Positions 38,681-50,098 of a stretch of 64,000 nt of DNA are shown piece by piece. A program made the position numbers and the translations under genes. Location: assembly GCF_009914755.1 (NCBI RefSeq), contig NC_060936.1; one strand, given 5' to 3'. Under the pieces are notes generated by a model that saw only the letters and a list, made by a program, of their open reading frames with translations, was not told where the DNA came from and ran no database searches. This DNA comes from the human T2T-CHM13v2.0 reference genome, Homo sapiens. The number at the start of each line of letters is the position of its first letter. The stretch's first letter is position 1.

Positions 38681-41600
38681 ATGGGAAACAGAAATTCTGG
38701 GCGGAGGGAACAAAGGAAAGCGGAAGCCAAAGTGACTTCCTCTAATATTCCCCCAGATAGCTCCTTGGGGAGAATTCTGCAGTTTTGGAGAGACAACCCT
38801 CCAACCAGGGACAAGAAAAAGCAAAAGATGATTAAAGTATTTCTGTTTTATCTGGATCAAAGACTTTTTATTTTTATTTTTATTTATTTATTTATTTTTA
38901 TTGATCATTCTTGGGTGTTTCTCACAGAGGGGGATTTGGCAGGGTCATAGGACAATAGTGGAGGGAAGGTCAGCAGATAAACAAGTGAACAAAGGTCTCT
39001 GGTTTTCCTAGGCAGAGGACCCTGAGGCCTTCCGCAGTGTTTGTGTCCCTGGGTACTTGAGATTAGGGAGTGGTGATGACTCTTAACGAGCATGCTGCCT
39101 TCAAGCATCTGTTTAACAAAGCACATCTTGCACCGCCCTTAATCCATTTAACCCTGAGTGGACACAGCACATGTTTCAGAGAGCACAGGGTTGGGGGGTA
39201 AGGTCACAGATCAACAGGATCCCAAGGCAGAAGAATTTTTCTTAGTACAGAACAAAATGAAAAGTCTCCCATGTCTACTCCTTTCCACACAGACATGGCA
39301 ACCATCCGATTTCTCAATCTTTTCCCCACTTTTCCCCGCTTTCTATTCCACAAAACCACCATTGTCATCATGGCCCGTTCTCAATGAGCTGTTGGGCACA
39401 CCTCCCAGACGGGGTGGTGGCCGGGCAGAGGGGCTCCTCACTTCCCAGTAGGGGCGGCCGGGCAGAGGCGCCCCTCACCTCCCGGACGGGGCGGCTGGCC
39501 GGGCGGGGGGGCTGACCCCCCCACCTCCCTCCCAGACTGGGCGGCTGGCCGGGCGGGGGGCTGACCCTCCACCTCCCTCCCAGACGGGGCGGCTGGCCGG
39601 GCAGAGGGGCTCCTCACTTCCCAGTAGGGGCGGCCGGGCAGAGGCGCCCCTCACCTCCCGGACGGGGCGGCTGGCTGGGAGGGGGGCTGACCCCTCCACC
39701 TCCCTCCCGGACGGGGCGGCTGGCCGGGCAGGGGGCTGACCCCCCCACCTCCCTCCCGGACGGGGTGGCTGGCCAGGCAGAGAGGCTCCTCACTTCCCAG
39801 TAGGGGCGGCCGGGCAGAGGCGCCCCTCACCTCCCAGACGAGGGGGCTGGCCGGGCGGGGGGCTGACCCCCCCACCTCCCTCCCGGATGGGGCGGCTGGC
39901 GGGGCAAAGGGGCTCCTCACTTCCCAGTAGGGGCGGCCGGGCAGAGGCGCCCCTCAACTCCCGGACGAGGCGGCTGGCCTGGCGGGGGCTGAACCCCACC
40001 TCCCTCCCGGACGGGGCGGCTGCCGGGCGGAGACACTCCTCACTTCCCAGACGGGGTGGCTGCCGGGCGGAGGGGCTCCTCACTTCCCAGACGGGGCGGC
40101 TGCCAGGCGGAGGGGCTCCTCACTTCTCAGATGGGGCGGTTGCCAGGCGGAGGGTCTCCTCCCTTCTCAGACAGGGCAGCTGGGCAGAGACACTCCTCAC
40201 CTCCCAGACGGGGTTGCGGCTGGGCAGAGGCGCTCCTCACATCCCAGATGGGGCGGCGGGGCAAAGGCGCTCCCCACATCTCAGACGATGGGTGGCCGGG
40301 CAGAGACGCTCCTCACTTCCTAGATGGGATGGCGGCCGGGCAGAGACGCTCCTCACTTTCCAGACTGGGCAGCCCGGCAGAGGGGCTCCTCACATCCCAG
40401 ACGATGGGCGGCCAGGCAGAGACGCTCCTCACTTCCTAGACGGGGTGGCGGCCGGGCAGAGGCTGCACTCTGGGCACTTTGGGAGGCCAAGGCAGGCGGC
40501 TGGGAGGTGGAGGTTGTAGCGAGCCGAGATCACGCCACTGCACTCCAGCCTGGGCACCATTGAGCACCGAGTGAACCAGACACCGTCTGCAATCCCAGCA
40601 CCTCCGGAGGCCGAGGCTGGCGGATCACTCGCGGTTAGGAGCTGGAGACCAGCCTGGCCAACACAGCGAAACCCCGTCTCCACCAAAAAAATACGAAAAC
40701 CAGTCAGGTGTGGCGGCGCGCGCCTGCAATCGCAGGCACTCGCAGGCTGAGGCAGGAGAATCAGGCAGGGAGGTTGCAGTGAGCCGAGATGGCAGCAGTA
40801 CAGTCCAGCTTTGGCTCAGCATCAGAGGGAGACCGTGGAAAGAGAGGGAGAGGGAGATCGTGGGGAGAGGGAGAGGGAGAGATGCCGACCGCGGAAAGAG
40901 AGGGAGAGGGAGACCGTGGGGAGAGGGAGAGGGAGAGATGCTGACCGTGGAAAGAGAGGGAGAGGGAGACCGTGGGGAGAGGGAGAGGGAGAGGGAGTCA
41001 AAGACTTTTTATAAAAGCCATCAGTGTTTTGGCCTAAGTTTGGCTCAGATGAGGATTGGGTGTGCCAAGCTTTAATTCTCTATGTGAATGATAAAACCAC
41101 ATCCTCACAAGAAAAGATACGTTATGTTCTCTGTTGGATCAAGGAATTAGCCCCCATGTTGCCCCTCAAGGAATAAGAAGAAAAAGAGCTTAGTAAAAAG
41201 CCCTTGCCTGGTGAAAAGCCCAGGGACCCCCTGTCACGCTTTCCCCCTCCATACGTCTCACAGAATAGGGGACGGGAAGATTAAGGGGCATCACGAGGGT
41301 TAGAGGAAGAAAGACCTGGAGACTGCGGGGGAGCCAAACCAGATGCTCCTTTAGAGCCTTACCCAAATTTAAGAAAAGAATTAGAACAATGTAAAAGGGA
41401 TATTAAGGACTACTCTATCCTTTCCAAACAGCAGACATCTTGCATGTTCCCCATTAGGGAACTTCCCACGGGACAGGAAGAGATTGGCTTTGTAAATGCT
41501 CCGCTTACAAGTACTGAAGTCAGCAATTTCAAAAAGGGGATGAACCCACTCCTAGAAGATCCCCTTTGTTTAGCAGATAAGCTGGACCAATTCCTATGGC

Positions 41601-42380
41601 CCAGCTTTTACACCTGGGCTGAATAATACCTATTATAAATATTCTGTTCATAGGAGAAGAAAGGGGAATTGTTGGGAGAGTGGCCATGACTATCTGGGAG
41701 AGGCATCACCCTCCCAGAAAAGGAGTCTCATCAGCTGAGTAAAAATTTCCAAATGTCCATCCTGAATGGGATAATAATTATCCCATGGATCAGGCCCAAA
41801 TGCAGTACCTCAGGGAAATAATGATTAAAGGGATTAAAGAGTCCACTCCTAGGACACAAAATATCTCTAAAGCGTTTGAGATTCAACAAGAAAAAGAAGA
41901 AATCCCCTCTTCATTCTTGCAGAGGTTCAGAGACCAAATGAGGAAATACTCAGGATTAGATCCATAGGACCCAGTAGGGTAAGGCCTTTTGAAGGTTAAC
42001 TTTGTAACTAAAAGCTGGCCTGACATTACTAAGAAACTACAAAATATTGGTAGATGGAATGAGAAACTGATTAAAAAATGACTGAGGGAAGCTCAGAAGG
42101 TCTTTGTAAGGAGAAAGGAAGAGAAGCAGAAACAAAAAGTGAAAATCATGTTTTTCACTGTGGAACAGGTAGTTAGAAAAAGGTTAGATTAAGATCTCCC
42201 TCAAAAGAGACAAGGGAATGATAAATTTTGACACAGAGAGAGAAGAGAAATGCAGGGAAAAGCTCCTAAGACTATAAATGGATGTTACAAGTGTGGAAAG
42301 CCAGGGCATTTTAAAAGAGAATTTCCCAAATGGAAAAAAGAAGAAAAGGTGACCCCCTTTATGACCTTTGATGAAGGTTG
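38681..42380 (+). pseudogene. gag: ERV gag (disrupted, split by SVA)
   Basis: MGNRNS...IPPDSSLG..WRDNP; capsid 'FVNAPLTSTEV', MHR-like 'IQQEKEEIPSSFLQR'; zinc knuckle CYKCGKPGHFKREF with the last Cys lost. Confidence 0.88.
38872..40997 (-). mobile_element. SVA (SVA_D-like), full length
   Basis: Poly(T), SINE-R 38900-39400, GC-rich VNTR ~39400-40460, Alu-like domain, (CCCTCT)n; 15-bp TSD tcaaagactttttat at 38857-38871 and 40998-41012. Confidence 0.97.
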
Positions 42381-43455
42381 GGGGGTGGGTCAGGGGTTCC
42401 TTCTGAGTAGGTACCACCAGGAACCCTTGATAGATTTGAGGGTGGGACTCGAGGGGGAAAAAGTGACATTCTTAGTTGACACTGGGGAGGCTCGCTCCTC
42501 CCTAACTCACTGACCAAAGAGTACAGAACTCTCTAAGGAAAAACTGACAGTATCAGGGGTAAAAGGGGAGGGATTTTACATTCTGATATTCAAGAAAATT
42601 TTAATTATATTGAGACCAGATCAAATTGAGGGGTCACTCCTATATGTTCCTGAAGCAGGAACTAACCTGGGTCGAGACTTGATTGTGAGACTGGGTTTAG
42701 GATTAGGAATAGAGGAGGGACAAATAAAAGTAATGATGGACCTCCTAATAGAGGAGGAGGAAAGAAAAATCAATCCCCTTGTGTGGGTTAGGGAAGGCAA
42801 CAGGGGAGGGCTAAAAATGACATCCTTATAGATTGAACTAAAACAACCAGGAGAAGTAATCTGCAGAAAACAATACCCGATTCACATTGAAGGGAGAAAA
42901 TGTTTCCAACTAGTAATAGAGGGATTGATTAGAGATGGACTATTGGAACCCTCCATGTCATCATACAATATGCCAATTCTCCCAGTTAAGAAGCCTGATG
43001 GGTCATATAGATTAGTGCAAGATCTAAGGACCATAAATCAAATTCCCCAAACCTGCCACCCTGTGGTGCCTAACCCCTACACCCTCCTCAGTAAGATACC
43101 CTATGAACATAAGTGGTTTAGTGTGGTAAATCTAAAAGATGGATTCTGAGCATGTCCCCTAGACTTTAGGAGTAGGGATCTCTTTGCCTTTGAATGGGAA
43201 AATCCCATAAATGGGAGAAAACAACAGTACCACTAGACTGTGCTACCACAAGGTTTTACAGAAGCCCCAAATTTATTTAGTCAAGTCTTAGAAAAAGTCC
43301 TGGAGGAATTCCAACCTTCCAGGGGAACCCAGTTATTACAATATGTGGATGATGTTTTAATTTCTGGAGAGAGGAGGGCCAAGATTTCAGAAACCGCCAT
43401 AAGCTTGCTTAATTTCCAAAGAGAAATGGGATTGTGAGTCTTCAAGAACAAATTG

Positions 43456-43679
43456 TGGCATGTTAGTGGCCATTTGTTAGTGGCCACAAAGCCATTGTGA
43501 GCTTTGGGAAGCTTTAGGTGGTATCTGGTTACCTTGGTAAGCCAAGCAGCTCAGCCACCCCTTTTCTCCCAAGGTTCTCCATGGAAAGAAGTGTACACAA
43601 AACAATGGGGAAGAAAGTGCCGTGTTACAGTTAGCTGGACTTGTGCTGAAACCCCAGTGTGGCTCTTTTTGGTAAGCTG
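43456..43679 (+). other. Non-L1, non-ERV segment inside the L1 TSDs (probable 5' transduction)
   Basis: Lies between the left TSD (43444-43455) and the L1 5'UTR start. Confidence 0.75.
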
Positions 43680-46600
43680 GGGCGATTACTGGCAAGATGG
43701 CTGAATAGGAACAGCTTCGGTCTGCAGCTCCCAGCGAGATCATCACAGAAGGTGGGTGATTTCTGAATTTCCAACTGAGGCACCCGGTTCATCTCATTAG
43801 AACTGGTTGGACAGTGGGTGCCACCAATGGAAGGCAATCCAAAGGGCATTACCTCACCCGGGAAGTGCAAGGAGTCAGGGAATTTTCTCCCCTACCCAAG
43901 GGAAGCTGTGAGCATCTGAGCCTGAGGAACTCTGACAGATACTGCACTTGTCCCATGGTCTTCGCAACCTGCAAACCAGGAGATTCCCTCCAGTGCTTAC
44001 CCCACCAGGGCCCTGGGTTTCAAGCATAAAACTCGGCAACCATTTGGGGAGACACAGAACTAGCTGTAGGAGTTCCTTTATTCCATATGCCAGTGGCACC
44101 TGCAATGCCAGTGAGACAGAACTGTCACTTCCCTGGAAAGGGGTACTGAAGCCAGGGAGCCAAGTAGTCAGGCTCAGTGGGTCCCACTCCATGGAGCCCA
44201 GCAAACTAAGATCCACTGGCTTGAAATTCTTGATGCCAGCATAGCAGCAGTCTGAGATTGACCTGGAGGTTCAAGCTTGGTTGGGGAAGGGACATCCGCC
44301 ATTGCTGAGGCTGGAGTAGGTGGTTTTACACTCATAGTGTAAACAAAGCTGCTGGGAAGTTTGAACTGGGCAGAGCCCACTGCAGCTCAGCAAGGCCACT
44401 GCTGCCAGACTGCCTCTCTAGATTCCTCCTCTCTGGGCAGGGCAACTCTGAAAAAAACGCAGCAGCCCCAGTCAGGGGCTTATAGATAAAACTCCCATCT
44501 CCCTGGGACAGAGCACCTAAGGAAAGGGGAGACTGTGAGCAAAGTTTCAGCAGAATTAAATGTTCCTGCCTCACAGCTCTCAAGAGAGCAGCAGACCTCC
44601 CAGCACAGCGTTTGAGCTCTGCTAAGGGTCAGACTGACTCCTCAAGTGGGCCTCTCACCCCCGTGTATCCTGACTGGGAAACACCTCCCAGTAGGGGCCA
44701 AGAGATACCTCATACAAGAGAGCTCTGGCTAGTATCTGGCAGGTTTCCTTCTGGGATGAAACTTCCAGCAGAAAGATCAGGAAGCAATCTTGGCTGTTCT
44801 GCAGCCTCTGCTGGTGATGCCCAGGCAAACAGGGTCGGGAGTGGACCTCCAGCAAACTCCAGCAGATTGGCAGCAGAGGGGCCTGACTGTCGGAAGGAAA
44901 ACTAACAAGCAGAAAGAAATAGCACGTCCCCTCAGAGACCCCATTTGAAGGTCACTAACCTCAAAGACCAAAGGTAGATAAATCCACAAAGATGGGGAGA
45001 AACCAACACAAAAACGCTGAAAATTCCAAAAACCAGAATGCCTCTTCTCCTCCAAAGGATTGCAACTCCTCACCAGCAAGGGAACAAAACTGAATAGAGA
45101 ATGAGTTTGATGAATTGACAGAAGTAGGCTTCAGAAGGTGAGTAATAACAAACTCCTCCAAGCTAAAGGAGCATGTTCTAACCCAATGCAAGGAAGCTAA
45201 GAATCGTGAAAAAAGATTAGATAAATTGCTAACCAGAATAACCAGTGTAAAGAAGAACATAAATGACCTGATGGAGCTGAAAAACACAGCACGAGAACTT
45301 CATGAAGCATACACAAGTTTCAATAGCCGAATCGATCAAGAGGAAGAAAGAATATCAGTGATTGGAGATCAACTTAATGAAATAAAGAGAGAAGACAAGA
45401 TTAGAGAAAAAAGAATGAAAAGGAATGAACAAAACCTCCAAGAAATATGGGACTATGTGAAAAGACCAAATCTACGTTTGATTGGTGTACCTGAAAATGA
45501 CGAGGAGAATAAAATCAACTTGGAAAACATTTTTCAGCATATTATACAGGAGAACTTCCCCAACCTGGCAAGACAGGCCAACATTCAAATTCAGGAAATA
45601 CAGAGAACAGCACCAAGATACTCCTCAAGAAGAGCAACCCCAAGACATATAATTGTCAGATTCACCAAGGTTGAAATAAGGAAAAAATATTAAGGGCAGC
45701 CAGACAGAAAGGTCGGGCTACCCACAAAGGGAATCCCATCAGTCTAACAGCAGATCTCTCAGCAGAAACCCTACAAGCCAGAAGAGAGTGGAGGCCGATA
45801 TTCAACATTCTTAAAGAAAAGAGTTTTCAACCCAGAATTTCGTATCCAGCCAAACTAAGCTTCATAAGTGAAGGAGAAATAAAATACTTTACAGACAAGC
45901 AACTGCTGAGAGATTTTGTCACCACCAGTCCTGCCTTACAAGAGCTCCTGAAGGAAGCACTAAACATGGAAAGGAACAACCAGTACCAGCTGCTGCAAAA
46001 ACATACAAATTGTAAAGAACATCAACACTATGAAGAAACTGCATTAACTAATGGGAAACACAACCAGCTAGCATCATAATGACGGGATCAAATTCACACA
46101 TAACAATATTAACCTTAAATGTAAATGGGCTAAATGCCCAAATTAAAAGACACAGACTGGCAAATTGGATAAAGAGTCAAGACCCATCAGTGTGCTGTAT
46201 TCAGGAGATCCATCTCATGTGTAAAGACACACATAGGCTCAAAACAAAGGGATGGAGGAATATTTACCAAGCAAATGGAAAGCAGAAGAAAGCAAGAGTT
46301 GCAATCCTACTCTCTGATAAAACAGACTTTAAACCAACAAAGATCAAAAGAGACAAAGAAGGCCATTACATAATAGTAAAGGGATAAATGCAGCAAGAAG
46401 AACTAACTATTCTAAATATATATGCACCCAATACAGGAGCACCCAGATTCATAAAGCAAGTCCTTAGAGACACCTACAAAGAGACTTAAACTCCCACACA
46501 ATAATAGTGGGAGACTTTAACAGGCACTGTCAATATTAGATCAATGAGACAGAAAATTAACAAGGATATTCAGAACTTGAACTAAGCTGTGGACCAAGCA

Positions 46601-49600
46601 GACATAATACACATCTATAGAACTCTCCACCCCAAATCAATAGAATATACATTCTTCTCAGCACCTCATCGCACTTATTCTAAAATTGACCACATAGTTG
46701 GAAGTAAAACAGTCCTCAGCAAATGCAAAAGAACAGAAATCATAACAAACAATCTCTTAGACCCACTGTACAATCAAATTAGAACTCAGGATTAAGAAAC
46801 TCACTCAAAACTGCACAACTATATGGAAACTGAACAACCTGCTTCTGAATGACTACTGGGTAAATAACATAATAATGGCAGAAATAAAGATGTTCTTTGA
46901 AACCAATGAGAATGAAGACACAATGGACCAGAATCTCTGGGACACATTTAAAGCAGTGTGTGAGTGAAATTTATAGCACTAAATGCCCACAAGAGAAATC
47001 AGGAAAGATCTAAAATTGACATGCTAATATCAAAATTAAAAGAACTACAGAAGCAACAGCAAGCAAATTCAAAATCTAGCAGAAGACAAGAAATAACTAA
47101 GATCAGAGCAGAATGGAAGGACATAGAGACAGAAAAAAACCCTTCAAAACATCAGTGAATCCAGGAGCTGGCTTTTTGAAAAGATCAACAAAACAGACCA
47201 CTAGCCCAACTAATAAAGAAAAGAGACAAGAATCAAATAGATGCAATAAAAAATGGTATAGGGGATATCACCACTGATCCCACAGAAATACAAACCATCA
47301 GAGAATACTATAAACACCTCTATGCAAATCTAGAAGAAATGGATAAATTCCTAGACACATGCACCCTCCCAAGTTTAAACCAGGAAGAACTTGAATCCCT
47401 GAAAAAACCAATAGCAAGTTCTGAAATTGAGGCAGTAATTAATAGTCTACCAACCAAAAAGGCCAGGACCAGATGGATTCACAGCCAAATTCTACCAAAG
47501 GTACAAAGAGGAACTGATACCATTTCTTCTGAAACTATTCCAAAAAATAGAAAAAGAGGGAATCCTCTCTAACTCATTTTATGAGGCCAGCATCATCCTG
47601 GTACCAAAAGCTGGGAGAGATCCCACAAAAAAAGAAAATTTCAGGACAATATTCCTCATGAACATCTGTGTGAAAGTCCTCAATAAAATACTGGCAAACT
47701 GAATCCTGCAGCACATCAAAAAGCTTATCCACCACGATCAAGTTGGCTTCGTTCCTGGGATGCAAGGCTTGTTCAACATATGCAAATCAATAAACATAAT
47801 CTGTCACATAAACAGAACCAATGACAAAAACCACATGATTATCTCAATAGATGCAAAAAAGGTCTTTGAAAAAATGTAACATCCTTTCATGTAAAAACTC
47901 TCAATAAACTAGGTATTGATGGAATTTATCTCAAAATAATAAGAGCTATTTATTACAAACTCACAGCCAATATAATACTGAATGGGCAAAAACTGGAAGC
48001 ATTCCCTTTGAAAACCGGCACAAGACAAGGATGCCCTCTCTCACCACTCCTATTCAACATAGTAATGGAAATTCTGGCCAGGGCAATCAGGCAAGAGAAA
48101 GAAATAAAGGGTATTCAAGTAGGAAGAGAGGAAGTTGAACTGTCTCTGTTTGCAGATGACATGATTATATATTTAGAAAACCCCATTATCTCAACCCAAA
48201 ATCTCCTCAAGCTGATAAGCAACTTCAGCAAAGTCTCAGGATACAAAATCAATGTGGAAAAATCACAAGTATTCCTATACACCAACAACAGACAAAGAGA
48301 AAGCCAAATCATGAATGAACTCCCATTCACAATTGCTACAAAGTGAATAAAATACCTAGGAATAAAATTTACAAGGAATGTAAAGGACCTCTTCAAGGAG
48401 AACTACAAACTGCTGCTCAAGGAAATAAGAGAGGACACAAATAAATGGAAAAACATTCCATGCTAATGGATAGGAAGAAGCAATATCATAAAAATGGCCA
48501 TACTCCCCAAAGTAATTTATATATTGAATGCTATCCCCATAAAGCTACCAATGACTTTCTTCACAGAATTGGAAAAAAACTACTTTAAACTTCATATGGA
48601 ACCAAAAAATAGCCCACATAACCAAGACAATCCTGGGCAAGTAGAACAAAGCTGAAGGCATCACGCTACTTGACTTCAAACTACATTACAAGGCTACAGT
48701 ACAGTAACCAAAACAGCATGGTACTGGTACCAAAACAGATATACAGACCAATGGAACTGAACAGAGGCCTCAGAAAAAACACCACACATCTACAACCATC
48801 TGATCTTTGACAAACCTGACACGAACAAGAAATGGGGAAAAGATTCCCTACTTAATAAATGGTGTAAGGAAAAGTGGCTAACCATATGCAGAAAACTGAA
48901 ACTGGACCCCTTCCTTACACCTTATACAAAAATCAACTCAAGATTGATCAAAGGCTTAAAGGTAAGACCTAGGACCATAAAAATCCTAGAAGAAAACATG
49001 GGCAATACCACTCAGGACATAGGCATGGGCAAAGACTTCATGACTAAAGCACCAAAAGCAATGGCAACAAAAGCCAAAATTGACAAATGGAATCTAATTA
49101 AACTAAAGACCTTCTGCAATGCAAAAGAAACTATCATCAGAGTCAACAGGCAACCTACAGAATGGGAGAAAATTTTTGTAATATATCCTTCTGACAAAGG
49201 GCTAATGTCCAGAATCTACAAAGAAGTTCAACAAATTTACAAGAAAAAAACAAATAACCCCATCAAAAAGTGGGCAAAGGATATGAACAGACACTTCTCA
49301 AAAGAAGCCATTTCTGCAGTCACCAGACATATGAAAAAGTGCTCATCATCACTGATCATTAGAGAAATGCAAATCAAAACCACAATGAGATACCATCTCA
49401 CACCAGTTAGAATGGTGATCATTAAAAAGTCAGGAAACAACAGATGCTGGACAGGATGTGGAGAAATAGGAATGCTTTTACACTGTTGGTAGGAGTGTAA
49501 ATTGGTTCAACCATTGTGGAAGGCAGTGTGGAGATTCCTCAAGGATTTAGAACGAGAAATACCATTTGATATGGTGATCCCATCACTGGGTATATGCACA

Positions 49601-50098
49601 AAGGATTATAAATCATGATACTATAAAGACACATGCACACTTATGTTTATTGCGGCACTATTCACAATAGCAAAGACTTGGAACCAACCTAAATGTCCAT
49701 CAATAATAGACTAGATAAAGAAAATGTGGCACATATACACCATGGAATACTATGCAGCCATAAAAAAGGATGAGTTCATGGCCTTTCCAGGGACATGGAT
49801 GAAGCTGGAAACCATCATTCTCAGCAAACTGTCATAAGAACAGAAAACCAAACACCACATGTTCTCACTCATAAGTGGGAGTTGAACAATAAGAACACAA
49901 GGACATAGAGAGGGGAACATCACACACTGGGGTCTGTCAGTGGGGTGGGGGGCTATGGGAGGGGTAACATTAGGAGAAATACCTAATGTAGGTGACAGGT
50001 TGATGGGTGCAGCAAACCACCATGGCACATGTATACCTATGTAACAAACCTGCACATTCACACATGTACCCTAGAACTTAAAGTATAAAAATTAAAAA
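43680..50098 (+). mobile_element. Full-length L1PA7-like LINE-1, inactive
   Basis: 5'UTR with YY1 core caagatggc (43693); ORF1 ATG 44992 and ORF2 ATG 46079, both with many stops/frameshifts; poly(A); 12-bp TSD aagaacaaattg at 43444-43455 and 50099-50110. Confidence 0.96.

Noticed and set aside
39400-41075. GC-rich ORFs up to 210 aa and the repeat array
   Set aside because: SVA VNTR, Alu-like and hexamer sequence; stop-poor by composition.
43680-50098. Retrotransposition-competent L1
   Set aside because: Full length, but ORF1 and ORF2 both carry many stops and frameshifts.
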